Origin: Podarcis bocagei
Taxonomy: Eukaryota
Reading direction: 5' to 3' (one strand)
DNA length: 64,000 nucleotides
Assembly: GCA_964188305.1 (NCBI GenBank)
Contig: OZ076885.1
Part shown: positions 13,169-26,889 of the stretch, piece after piece
How the letters are laid out: each line of letters starts with the position of its first letter
Position numbering within the stretch: position 1 is the stretch's first letter
Notes under the pieces: model-generated
Seen by the model: only the letters and a program-made list of their open reading frames with translations
Told to the model about the DNA's origin: nothing
Database searches by the model: none
Translations under genes and position numbers: made by a program

Positions 13169-13439
13169 AAATGTGTGTATGTGTGTGTGTACACACACAC
13201 ACACACACACACACGTGTGTATAGAGAGATCGAGAGAGATCAGAGGTCTGTATTACAGTACTGTCATTGCTTGAAGCCATTGCTAGTCATAAAACATTTT
13301 AATACCACCAGTCCACTAACTGTGACCTTCCAATTCCTTTTCTCAGCTTTTTGTTTTGCTTCCTTCAACAGTGGACACTGAGGTGCCAATCTTTGTGCTA
13401 CTGTTTAATTTGCACAGCAGGATCTACACGACCAAACAG

Positions 13440-13661
13440 ATGGCTGATCTCAGTCAGGAAAATACAACTGCAAAATGTACAGAGTGTTGCACATCATTTG
13501 AACCAAGCAATGTTGTGCTTTTTTGCCCCCGTTGCAATAATGGCACCATGAGCCCTGAACAAGCTGTAGTAGAGAACTCAGATTCACCAGCTACTTCAGT
13601 GAGTGAATGTTCGGATCCCGAAGACACCTTGTCAAAGAAACAAACATCTTATTTAGCAAAT
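13440..13661 (+). CDS. STK33: STK33 coding exon 1 (MADLSQENTTAKCTECC...KQTSYLAN); exon probably starts at 13347
   Basis: Resembles human MADSGLDKKSTKCPDC. Acceptor ccttttctcag (13346) has branch motif CACTAAC at 13314-13320; donor AAT|gtaagg, phase 0. Confidence 0.88.
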
Positions 13662-14749
13662 GTAAGGATACTAACTTCAAAGATTTTATTTTCTTCCTGT
13701 TCCACCATCCTTCCACCACCCCAGTGTATGTTCAGATAACTTTCCCTTTTGTGAAATGCCTTTGTGAAATCTGGCCAGTGATAGTAATGTCAGGCAAAAT
13801 AGGAAAATGACAGGATTCAAACCTATAAAGCACTCCCCTCCAGGAAAGCTGCTTACCCACTCAGCTACAGAAACAGGCAGAAGATGTGGAGCATTTGCCA
13901 CCCTCCAGGTGACCATGTACAATTCCAACCATATGTGGCAGGACCAAATAGGACACATAAGAAACTCTAGCCCTATGAAACAGTAGAAGTCTTGCCTGGA
14001 GAAAGTCCTAGGCTTATACTCAGACAGGGATAGGAAGCTTAAGCTTGTGCAGACACACCTGACAAAGTGCTGACCAAGCCAGTTGGGTGCTGGATGGGCA
14101 AATTACTTGTTTCTTAATGGACCTCTGCTCCATCTTCCTGTGCTGTTTTTCTTGGCTGGCTAGCTCTGCTAAGTTATTGATCGTATATGCCTTGTTCCTC
14201 CCCCTCCCCCCACCAGTTGATGGACTCCTTTACAGTGGCAGCAGAACCTGTTTCACTTGTGGGTTCAGAGAGGCTGCCCGCTTTGAATGGAGGGCTCACT
14301 GAACTTAAATCCCAGTAGTAGAAAAAGCATTGGCACCCCTCCCAGTTAAGACTCTCATCCTGAAGTGAGATTGAACTAGGATGGGAGAAGAGATCCCTAT
14401 CCGCTAACTCCCAGTAACAAAGAAATGGGCAGCTGTATGAAATCTTTTTATTGAACGGCATGACATATGGAATAGCATCTGAAGCAAAGGCAGGTGGGAT
14501 TGCCAGCCTTTTGTCCCAGCGGGGCTTTGTTGCCATTGAAAACTGCATAACAACAGGCAGAAGAGTTGCAGGTGTTACGCTCACCGTGGCTTCTTCTACA
14601 TGTTGGATATGCCTTTACCTGTTTAAGCAGCTGCCTGCCTGTCATCTTGAAAAGGTGCAGGAGCCTGTCTGGTAGCTCCACAGAGAAAAACCTACAAGTG
14701 CTCTGGTGACTGCTAAGGATGAGTGAGCTGTCCAGAACTTGCCTTAGAC

Positions 14750-14887
14750 CAGTGGTTCTCAACTTGTGGGTCCCCAGATGTTGTTGGACTACAACGCTTA
14801 TCATCCCTGAGCTCTGGGCTTGCTAGCTAGGGGTGATGGGAATTGTAGTTCAACAACATCTGGGGACCCACAGGTTGAGAAAGGCTG
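14750..14887. mobile_element. Palindromic hAT-type MITE
   Basis: Long inverted arms (ttctcaacttgtgggtccccagatgttgttg / caacaacatctggggacccacaggttgagaa); 8-bp TSD ccttagac / ccttaaac. Decayed relatives near 17168-17300 and 49300-49378. Confidence 0.88.
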
Positions 14888-16548
14888 CCTTAAACTGACT
14901 TATTCTTTGATCCCTCCCACACCCTGCTATTCCCAGAAGCCCTTTCTGCCGGTCCCTCACCTCTGAAACGCAAGCTCCCTAACCTTTGTCTTTTAAAACC
15001 TAATAGGCATGGTACTTTGATCAGTGACAGCAGAGAGATGAAACAAGTCCCCCTTGCAACAACTGGGGTGACATCATGAGATCAGTTTCAGCTGATGTTG
15101 AGAATGTAGAAATGTTGAATCATTTGATTTTCTTTGAAATAATAGCTCAGATTTAATCTCAAAATCTTCAAAAGTTACAATAATTGTGTGGAGAAATTAA
15201 GCAGAAGTGGTGATTGACCTAAATTTCTATTATTCCCCTGATGCTTTTTATAGAAAATATGTACAAAGGACATTTTCTTTTGTTTTCAGTCCAGTGCTGT
15301 GTACTGCATTTATTTGAGAACACAAGTATTTGAAACTTGTAGAGCACAAATCTTTAAAAGCTTTTGTTGCAAAAAAATCCCCTGAAATAAATATACATTC
15401 AAAACAAATGGGATGGGAAAGCACTTAAGATTGAAACTCCAGAGGATTACCCATAATTTGGTCAATTAACACAAATTGGCCTCCTTAAAGTAGTGCTCTT
15501 AAAAAGCGGGATGAAAACTTTGAACAATCTCAGATAAACTTTGTTTGAACATAGCATGAGTGATTTACATCTGATATAAAAAGATAATATAGTAACCTAT
15601 GATTATACTCTTTATGCCATATAGTATAATCAAAAAGAATTACTTCATTTTACTATTGGAAACTGAGTTTTACATCTCGGATGGTCAGTAGAATGCATAG
15701 GATGTTTTGAAAAGTAGGACCATTAACTTTAAAATTGCCATATATGAAATCCATTATTGTTATAGATTTCTTTACTTTTTTAGTGTAAGATGGATATTAT
15801 ATTAGCACAAATAATTTTAGCATCATTTTATTCTCTTAGTTATACATTTACTTGTCTTTTTTCCAACATCAGCTACTTCATTAATTTAGTATCTAATTGA
15901 TTAACTTAATGCAAGCACTTAATGCAGTGTCATTTTTTGTTAGTGTATCCCAGTTGGCTGAGTCACACAAAAAGAAGAATCTTTTACTCTGCTTGATAAA
16001 AAAAAAAAAGTATTAGGCATTAGGAATTTTTTAAAACCCTAGTAATTCTAGATTCTTTATTCAGGCTGTCTAATACCAGTAGCATTTACAGTTGTAAATA
16101 CAAATACATTTCCACTAATGTTTATTTAGTGGAATTCCTTATATATATTGTCCAGTATCAGTTTAAAAAGGATTTTTTAAAAGCAGGCATTAGGCTCTTC
16201 TGCTTAGTTGGCTTATATAGGTGCAGCGTGAATCAGATTGCCCTATTTTATTTTAACACGGTCCCTTCCAACTCTACAATTCTATGTTTCTATTAGAATA
16301 TGAATATATGAACCTGCTTTATGAAAAAAAGTTTTATTGTGCATTGACTTTGCTATTTCTGGTTTGAGGGTGCCATACTGCTATATAAATATTTTGGAAT
16401 AAAAAAACAAAAATTGAATTGGATTATTAGTTCATCTAGCTCAGTACTGTCTCTTTACTGTGATTGGCAGTAGCTTCTCCAGGACTCAGATTAAGTTTCT
16501 TCCCAGTCTTGAGACTTGTATTGAATATGGGGTTTTGGATTGACTATA

Positions 16549-16745
16549 AGTACATAGAACATAGGAAACTGACTTTTAACAAGCCAGACCTTCAGTCCAT
16601 CTAGCTCAATATTCTTGACACTGGCTAGCAACGCCTCTCTGGGTTTCAGGCAGGAATCCTTCCCAGCCCTCCCTAAAAACACCAGGGATGGAACCCGGAA
16701 CCTTTGACATGAAAAGCGTATGCTCTACCACTGAGCCATGGACCT
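16549..16745 (-). mobile_element. tRNA-derived SINE with CR1-like tail
   Basis: Minus strand reads tggctcagtggtagagcat...ggttccatccc (A/B boxes) and ends ttcctatgttctatgt. Confidence 0.75.
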
Positions 16746-17517
16746 TCTCCTGCGAAGCATGTGCATCACCCTTAGGGAATGATCCCTTTTGGGACCATAG
16801 CTGGTGTGCAACCAGCTATCAATGCAGGATGGTGCTGTTCAGGGTGGCTTTCGCTCTTTCAGCTGGTGGTACATGGAGGGTAACTGCTCACCTGCTGCCT
16901 AGACATACTAGTCCTCTTGTAGAAAACAAGGAAATAGAGAGGCTTATTGGGAGACATGCTGCAGAATCTGGATTCTGTGCGTGAGACTTGCTTTTCAGCA
17001 AGCATTTCCTAGAACTGAAGGTGAACATAAAAAAGCAATGCAAGCTTAAATTACGTTGGAACTCCTTGTTGAAATAGATCAAATGCATCAGAAAGGAAAA
17101 AGGAATACATATTATTATATAAGGTGTCTTTAGACTCTCTTTCTTTCCACTTATTCATACTCCGACACAGGGTTAGCCAATGTGGTGACTTCCAAGTGTT
17201 ACTGGACTTCAGTTCCCACTATCCATTACAATTGGCCATACTGGATGGGACTGAGGTGAGTTGAAGTTCAACAACAGCTACTACATTGGCTGCCTCCTGC
17301 TCCATCATACATTTTGATTGTTTTGCGATCTGTTGTTTTGAAATCCAATAAGTTCACCTTTTCTAGGTCTCGTCCCACTTCATATATTTTCTCGTTTTCT
17401 TGTAATAACTTACATATAACTTACTGCATGTGCCGGAAGGTACATAAAATAGCATATAGCCTTTTAAAACAATGGTTTGTATTTTAATTTCATGCTTCTC
17501 TTTTTATGTCCCTAAAG

Positions 17518-17640
17518 ATGCCAAAGTCAGAACTAACAGACTCTCAGAGGAAAATGCTCATTACCACCCCAGGCATTCGTGGCAGTAATACAGATTTCAA
17601 AGTTCCTCACACGCGAATAGAAGATGGAGCAGCAATTCAG
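17518..17640 (+). CDS. STK33: STK33 coding exon 2 (MPKSEL...KVPHTRIEDGAAIQ)
   Basis: KVPHTRIEDGAAI matches human KVPHIRIENGAAI; cctaaag| acceptor, CAG|gttcgt donor, 123 nt, phase 0/0. Confidence 0.92.
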
Positions 17641-17904
17641 GTTCGTAGCTGTGCACTCCTCCAGACTCTTGGTACAATTTTTAATTAGAAGATGGCAAAA
17701 ATAGCTGTGTAAATAGCTGCGTTGGTCCATGGGTGGGAGAGTGGTAATGCCTGTATAAGGACCATCCTGACTGACATAATATCATAGAATCACAGAACTG
17801 CAGATTGGGATCCAAAGGGTCATGAAGTCCAACCCTCTGTAATGCAGCAATCCCAATGTCAAAAGCAAGCTTTCAAGTTTCTCAACACTCTTCATCAGGC
17901 TGGA

Positions 17905-18200
17905 TGTCAGAGACTGGGCAGAGGAGGAATGGTGGAGACCGCCTCCCCAGCCAGACCCTTCCAGAGAAGGAGGAGACAGTTCAGAATTACAACAGAGGTT
18001 TGAGGCAGGTCACAGCTCAGAGGCAGATGAGGGGGAAAGCTGGGAAATAATGCGACAGGAGGAGGAGGAAGAGGAACCACCAGCGGAGAGACAGCTGACG
18101 GACTCAGTGTCTTTAGGAAGCATTCCAGATCTCCCCTCTCCCAGAACCCAGCGGGCATTGAAAGTAGGAGAACAGAGAGCTCAGAGGCACAGCTCAGCCA
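17905..18200 (+). mobile_element. Probable truncated Gypsy-like LTR fragment
   Basis: Starts TGTCAGAGAC like the TGTCAGGGAA end of the 4360-4792 LTR; purine-rich with similar coding composition. No 3' CA or TSD found. Confidence 0.5.
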
Positions 18201-18969
18201 CCATAGTGATGACGCATAATGGCCTCGTGTGCAACTTTTCCAGTTCTACAATATTCTTTGCAATCGGTGGTGGCCAAAACTGTGCGCTGTAACCCATGTG
18301 CAGCCACACCATATATTTGTATAAAGTATTATGATATGGGCAGGTTAGTTTTTTATTCTTTCCTAATGATCCCCTGGCATGCAAATTAGGCTGATATTTT
18401 CATTGTCCTATCCACCACACCCCGAATATCCCTTTCCTGATCAGTCACCATCAGCATGTATGTAAAGTTAGGATTCTTTCGCCCCACGGTATAAAATGGA
18501 AGACCCGTATATTTTCCCGAAAGCATCCTAGAACATTTGTTTTGTGAGTGCCTTCTTTTTCAAGTGCAAAGCACACTCCATTGCTGTCAGCCCACTGCCC
18601 CTGTCATCACAATCTGGTTTTTTGATGTCCTGCAAAACTCAGTTTTCCTCAGTAATAAGGATTTGAATATTTAGTGAAATTCATCAGTCTTGAGGATGTT
18701 TTTCTCATATATTTGACTATTGACATAACTTAGGGGCCCACCCACACTTTCACTTTACCTGTGCCTAGAAAGCACAGGTCAACCTGTATCTAGAAAGTCT
18801 GAGCGATTTTGCCCTTGTCCCACAGATTTCCCTGAGAAAACCTGCTCTTTACCAATGAATCACAGCAAATGTCAATCCGCAGAAAGCCCAGCTGGCGTTT
18901 GGTCCAATTCAGCAGTAAAGATTGGGTTTCCCTAGGGGAAAGTGGTGGGGCAAGACCAAGTCTGGATGA

Positions 18970-19218
<249 letters not shown>

Positions 19219-19384
19219 TAAGTTTTTATTTTTCAGACAATGATAATATTATTTATTACAAATTAATCACCACAATACATTTATGTGCCCCAAATTCACA
19301 TTGCAAATGGTGAATATGTTGATTTTCATGCTGTCATCAGTTTTCTTCAACTTTCATTTCTCAGAAAGCATGAGACATAATATC

Positions 19385-19425
19385 GTGAACAACTCTGAGA
19401 CCTATGGATAAAGGGTGATATACAA

Positions 19426-19489
<64 letters not shown>
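19385..19489 (+). repeat. L2-like 3' tail ending in (TAA)n microsatellite
   Basis: gtgaacaactctgag...gggtgatatacaaat followed by about 20 TAA units. Confidence 0.75.
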
Positions 19490-19490
<1 letters not shown>

Positions 19491-20344
19491 CTGCTTCTGC
19501 TACCATTTTCAAACAAATGGTTCAAATGAAATAAGTGGTTTCGAACTGCCTAGTATGTTCTGAATATTTTAATTCCAGGAATCGTATTTGGATAATAATT
19601 GCAGAATCAATTTTGTAATTATTGAGTTACGTAGTGCATGATCCTATCCTGCACCGGTTCATCACCCAACCGCAGAGGGAATGCTATCGGGCACAAGAGA
19701 CTCCTGTTTCTACCCTCCTCTTTCCTTCTTGGTGAGAAGGCTGTGGCATATCACTAGGCCATTAGGGGAATGGAAGGCTTGCACATTCCTTCCATATCTC
19801 AATTCAGCCTCCTGTCTGAACTTGTTGGCATTTCAAGCCTGAGCAGAGGGTCAAGGCTGCATGGGGATATTTATTTATGTATGTATTTGGAGCACTTTTA
19901 GCCCACACCTCAACATACAGTTCCAGGGTGAGCTAAGTCCAATTAAAAACAAAATAACACTAGTTCTAATGTATTTAAAAGAGCAGGTAAAAACTACATA
20001 TCTATTAAAATACCACACATAAAAAGGCCTGTGAGTCGGTGGGATTTTATTGAATACATTAAAAAAAAGAAAAATTATATTGGTCTCTTCCACAAGTCTC
20101 AAAAAGATTAGGACAAGTAACATCTAATTGGAGTAATATAGAGCCTTTTATTCTTGGTACTCCTTGTGCCTCTGATGGTTTCAGATGGTTTACAGGCTTA
20201 TTTCTCTGTGTATCTTGCAACTCATGTGTGCCATACCTCTTGCTCTATCTTCACTTACCTGTCTGTATCTTATTGCAAATATTGGGATAGTTTTATCATT
20301 CCTCTTATGAATGTAACAACCATGCCTACCTTGGCTTGGTTTAG

Positions 20345-20575
<231 letters not shown>

Positions 20576-20927
20576 TAGAAATCCTATAATGCAGTTAACC
20601 CAAAGGTGCAAACCATGTGTGATGATGACAGATGGTTGTGTTAGAATTGTGTTGCCGTTCAGTTCCTATAAAGTGGAAATGGGGCTTTATAGAGGGGGAG
20701 AGGGTGCTGAAGCTCCCAAGCCACCCAGTGGTGCTCTGATATAGTCCCACTAGGAGTAAAAGACCTTTAAAGAAGCTGTTTATCAGGGAAGTGAGCGGTG
20801 CAAAGGGTCCGTAGTGCCTGTCTCCCACTTCCACATTTTGCACCTTGAATGACTCTTCTTTGAAAAGCACTTATAACTAATATCACTTTATATCTTCAGT
20901 TTTTGAATGTTGTAACATTTAAGAATA

Positions 20928-21177
20928 CAGTTGTACCTTGGGTCCCGAACGCCTTGCAAGTCAAACGTTTTGGCTCCTGAACGCCGTAAACCTGGAAGTG
21001 AGTGTTCCAGTTTGCAAATGTTCTTTGGAAGCCGAACGTCCGACATGGCTTCCATGGCTTTTGATTGGCTGCAGGAGCTTTCAGCAGCCAATCAGAAGGC
21101 ACGCCTTGGTTTCTGAATGTTTTGGAAGTCGAATGGACTTCTGGAACAGATTCCATTCGTCCTCCGAGGTACCACTG
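20928..21177. mobile_element. Tigger-like MITE
   Basis: TA|cagttgtaccttgg ... ccgaggtaccactg|TA; internal hairpin tgattggctgc...gcagccaatca. Confidence 0.85.
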
Positions 21178-21364
21178 TACCACTGTAGTTGGTTGATCAA
21201 AAATATGAAGAATATTAATTCTTCAATCTTTGTAAAACAAAAATGTTTTTTCTATTTTTAACTAAATATTTGAGGCATTTAGATTGAAAATATATATTAA
21301 TACTTTCATACTATACACATACACACACACACACACATTTATATTGTTTATTTCTTAATGTTAG

Positions 21365-21529
<165 letters not shown>

Positions 21530-21929
21530 TAGATTATTATATCTCATCATCACAATTTTGTATCTCTTACTTGTTTCATAGTATAATTGTGGCCCTATCA
21601 ACTGAAAAGCAACATTCTTTTAACACACACATTTTTGGTTGCTCATTTACTAGTTAAAATGCCATTACTTTCTCCTATTTTTTCTAATTATTTTTCTTCG
21701 TTCATTACAGCAGTAACTTTTTTCAGGAAATAAGTGCAGAATGCAGCTGCTAGAATGTTGTCTGTGGTGAGGCATTATGAACATATAGGATATATAGATG
21801 TCTAAAATACTTACTTTTTATGTAGCTATGATATGTTGTTTGGGTTGAGAGCTGCAACATTTAACAAAGTGCAATATGCAAAGGATAGTAATGTTCTGAT
21901 TTGTGTATTAGTCCAAGAGGGGGAGGAAG

Positions 21930-22558
21930 AGAGGGGAACCTGTCCTGTTGTATATCGGGGTATGGAGAGAGTCTCCTCCTTTAAATTCCTGGGAGTTTAC
22001 CTTGGTGAGATTTTCTCTTGGAAAATCAACATAACACACGTGGTCAGAAAGGCCCAACAGAGACTCCATTTCCTCAGGGTCTTGCGAAAGAATAATTTTA
22101 AACAACAACTGATGAACTCCTTTTACTGGTCCACAATAGAAAGGGTCCTTTCATATTGTATCACAGTGTGGTATGCTGGCCTGACAGCCATGGACAGAAA
22201 GTCTCTACAGAGGGTGTTGAATACAGCACATGATATCATGGGCTGTCCCTTGAATCTGCTAGATGACATCACAAGGGATCGTTGCCTTAGGAGAGCGAGA
22301 AAAATTATCAGGGATGACTCACACCCTGGCCATCACCTCTTTAATCTTCTACCCCCAGGCAGGAGATATAGAGGTATAATCAGCCCTACCAACAGGCTGA
22401 AAAATAGCTTCTATCTGTGGGCTGTTAGGCTATTGAACGGAAAATAACATAGCGAAATTGACTTGCGAAGTGGTGTGTTGTTCGATGAGAGATTGAGTAT
22501 TGGGGGGAGGGAGGCTTGTTTAATTTCATTGTACATAGGTTGTACAATGACAATAAAG

Positions 22559-22596
<38 letters not shown>

Positions 22597-22597
22597 G
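21930..22597 (+). mobile_element. 5'-truncated Rex1/Babar-type LINE (RT C-terminal region, AATAAA, (ATT)n tail)
   Basis: ERVSSFKFLGV...KAQQRLHFLR...SYCITVWY...DDSHPGHHLFNLLPPGRRYR...RLKNSF are Rex1-type motifs; AATAAA at 22552. Confidence 0.85.
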
Positions 22598-22936
22598 GGG
22601 CACTTTGTGTAAAAATCATAATGAGAGAATTATCCTTCACAGCTAAATTTCTCATTTGTGCTGTTCTGGATTTTTCTGTGACATTTAATGATTGCATTAT
22701 TTGTATGTTTGTCTTCTATACTTTGTTTTTAACTTCCATTCTAAATCACCTAGAGAAGTATCTCATGGGGTGATTAAACAATAGAAAACAAACAAACAAA
22801 CACAAAGAATTCATTGGATCTGAGCTATAATTTTCAACAAACATTTTAGTTCATCTTAGGCAAGAGCTTAATATTTTATACAATGTATGACAAAGTTAAT
22901 TTAAAAAATAGAGTTCAGTGTATCCCTCATTCTCTC

Positions 22937-23475
22937 TTTTTTAAAAAAATAATTTTTATTGTTATTGTTATTATATATTAATTAACATAAACTCAACAAA
23001 TACCATATAATACATTACATACAATACATACCCTACATACCTACATGTCCAACATTACACCACACGTGTTAGGCTTCCAACTCTTCTCTTCATGCTTTGT
23101 TACCAATCTTAACTCTGTACGCATATCACATTGAATCTTCTACTTTTTCCTTTTTGTTATTCTAAACATCTTTTACTATACCTTCCCTCTATTTACAAGA
23201 TTTAATCTGTATCTGCCAGGAGACTTGCATTGTCCATATAATTTTTGAGATATTCTTTGAAAATTGACCATTCTTTATTGCCTTTTTGAATAGTGTTTCC
23301 TCTTATTCTCCCTGTTAATTTTGCAAAATGTAAGGATTCAGAAATTTTTGCCAACCGGTCAGATTTGGTGGGGATAATATTACTTTTCCAATTTTTGGCT
23401 ATCAGAATTCTTGCCGTGGTGGTGGCATACATGAATAAGAGCCTATACATTTTATTGATTTCCATAGACATGATA
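22937..23475 (-). mobile_element. L1/Tx1-clade LINE 3' fragment
   Basis: LFMYATTTARILIAKNWK; homologous to the 33919-34664 copy; A-rich tail with AATAAA on the minus strand. Confidence 0.8.
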
Positions 23476-24030
23476 CCGAGCAGGTCTAGGGGCAGACCAC
23501 CTTAATGGGACCTCCATCTTAGGAGGAAATGTCGCTGAAGGGTTTGCTAGGTGAGAGAGATTGAATCCTACGCAGAACAGTGATCCTCCCTGCCTCTGTT
23601 TATCCGGAGTTGATGCTGAACTGAATACGCCCTGCTTACCCACCTATGTTTCAGTAATATCTGCCAGCAAGGCTTTTTTTCAGCCGGAACTCACCTGAAC
23701 TGAACAGCAGCAACACCTGGCTGGAGACATAGTTGCAAATAGAATTCTGAGCGCTGGAGAAAGAGCCAGTAGTGGGAACAGCTTGTAAACTGCTGCCCTT
23801 TCTTCTCCTTACCTGATGAAGAGTGAGCAAGTGGACAGAGGTGATAGCTCATGCACCCTCTGGGCAGTGTCGCAGAGCCCAATCCCTTCCAACATACTGC
23901 TCTGAGAGATGTAGATATATTAGCATGTGATTACTAGTGGCTGCTTGCTCTTCTCACGAACCCCACCCCATGCACCCTTGCCATTCCTCATTCCCTGATG
24001 GGGCCTTCAACTGCCACTCCATCCCCCTTA

Positions 24031-24318
24031 CACTGAGGTCCAGCTTTGAGGGCCTTCTGGCGGTTCCCACCCTGCGAGAAGTGAGGTTACGGGAACCAGG
24101 CAGAGGGCCTTCTTGGCAATGGCGCCCACTCTGTGGAACACCCTCCCGTCAAACTTCAAGGAAATAAACAACTATCTGACTTTTAGAAGACATCTGAAGG
24201 CAGCCCTGTTTAGGGAAGTTTTTAATGTTTGAAGTTTTATTGTGTTTTTAATATCCTGTTGGAAGCCGCCCATAGTGGCTGGGGAGGCCCTGCCAGATGG
24301 GTGGGGTATAAATAATAA

Positions 24319-24388
<70 letters not shown>
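24031..24388 (+). mobile_element. L2 LINE 3' end with (GTT)n tail
   Basis: RAFLAMAPTLWNTLP...FRRHLKAALFREVF, then gggtggggtataaat and a microsatellite at 24319-24388. Confidence 0.85.
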
Positions 24389-24929
24389 ACCCCCTCCCCT
24401 TGCACACTCTTCAAACCCCATGCCCCCCCCTTACAGCTCACCTAACCCACCCTACCCTCGCCTGAGTATTGTTCTGCAATCGTGCCGCAGTTGGCCAGCC
24501 AGCTAAACTGCGGCATTGCAGTGTTTTTTTCTTACAAAAATATAATATGAAATACATGTATTGATTATGGATAATAACTGAGAGCACAACTGTGAATGGG
24601 AAATGGGACGAAATGAGAAAGAGTTGTTCATCTTTACTTCTGGTGAACCTTATGCTTTGTCCTTCTGAGCACAGGAAGCTAGCTGGATGATTTCCTTTGA
24701 TATGCTAATTTTACAAATGGGTACTTTTAAAGTGCATCAAATGACAAATCATATTATTCAAAATTATGATTTCCCCTTTATTAGAAGAACGGATCTAAGT
24801 TTGATCCAGTTTTGGAATGTACAGACCAGACTTTTTCTATAAAAGAAAGCGGTGTCTGCAACGTGCACTAATGTAGGATAAAATGCACTAAAAGTGTAGC
24901 TCATAAATTACTCAATCAAAAGGGTTTAA

Positions 24930-25145
<216 letters not shown>

Positions 25146-26889
25146 TAAAACCCAGGAATCAGAAGTCAAGTTTCCAAGTAAATGCCTATTAGTAGCTTTT
25201 GAACTGAAACATAATGGTGTAATCAAGCCAAAAATAAAAGGTCTGAGATAAGAACAATTGACAAGAATGTAGGAGTCAAGTGCCATTGAAGAAAGTTCTT
25301 GTTGAGCGAAGAGTAGTATAGTTATAGGCCATTTAAAAAGAAATGTTTTTAGAAGTGTACTGTGTTATTCTTATACCTTTTTGGATATAGTTCCAAGCCA
25401 TTAGCAAGAGTGAGCTGGGGAGCTGTAATTAGTATGAATTATGCATACTGCCAATTTATTTTAAACATTTCAGTAATTTTGAAAAACATATGATGCTTTA
25501 CATATCAGCTACTTTCTATTTTGTAGACTTTGGATATTATAAGTATTTACTACCTAAACGCATTAAACGTATCAAGAACTTACACTCATTTATTTGTGTG
25601 GAAATAATTGGAACTTGATGGTTGCTAAATTATATATTACTTTATCCTTACTTAAAAATTTTATTGCTGTTATAAAATGGCTGTGAGGATTGTATAAAAA
25701 GTGCATGCTGACACATAGAACCGAAGCACAGAGGTTCAACCTGCAGTAACTAAAGCAGCACACTATGATAAATTGTATTTTACTTAGAGTGTTCTGTGTG
25801 AATCCGAACTTTTCTTTGCACAAGTTCACAAGAACATTCCACTGGGCATTTCTCTTCATGTCTTTGCTTCTGAACATACTTTTGCTTGTAGCTGCATGGA
25901 GAAATGCACAATAATTCTCGAGCTGGGGGTTGTTTGTGCTGTGCACTGGAAGGGAGAGGAAGAGCGAGGACAGTCATGTTTCCCCTGGCTCTGCAGACTG
26001 GGCTATGACAGCTTGCTGATGTGACTGTGCAGCCTTGTTACCTCCCCTGTGTTGGTGTCAATGTGGTACATTCAAGCTTCTGTTTGTTTGTTTTTCCTGG
26101 GAAGACTAAAGAGAAAACACGTTTGTTTTGGCTGCTTTGGGACTATGCTCTGGGATCTTCCTATCCTATGCCTTGTTTTCTTCACCATCCTTGTAGTTTC
26201 TCCCAATTTTGAATGTTGCCCATAAGTGCCATATTGCTGTCACAACTGACATTTTGCTTTGGACTTTTAAATGTGGTCTTTCTTTGGGCTCAGTGAGCAT
26301 TGGTATCCCACAAAGACTATTGTGTGTGTGTGTGTGGGGGGTATCCTTAAGAGGCCCTGAGGCTTTTAACACCCTAGACCAGCGTACTGGAATAGGGTCT
26401 GTCCCACCCACAGGGAAATGGCCAAGGCATGGCTACCCACCTGCATTTGGGTCTCTGTCTACTCCCAATATCCCTTTCATACTTAGTAGATTAGGCCAGC
26501 AGAAACTGAATCCCAGCAGTTGGGCTCGGCAGGAAAAGTCCTATATTCTGGCATACTTATTTGTTTACTTACTTACATTTCTATTCCACCTTTCAAGGCT
26601 CCATGCATGTGGTCTCTCATCAAGGCCCTAACCAGTCCCAGAACTGCTTAGCTTCAATGAGGTGGTAGCCTCACGGATCTTTATGCCCTATAATTTAACT
26701 GATACAATTTCTCTTTTTTATTCACTCATTTCTATTGTGTTTGGTCCCTTATTTTTCTTCTTCCCAGTCCTACCATGGATATGGTTTTCTGCTCTAGCAT
26801 TATACAGATAGTGGTAGCAATTGCTCTAGAAGCTGCCAGTCACAGGAGTAGCTGCTGAATATATCTTTGAGCCACTAGTTTAACTTTTA

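Noticed and set aside
21833-22447. 204-aa ORF as a host gene
   Set aside because: It is a 5'-truncated LINE RT fragment whose ATG comes from flanking intron.
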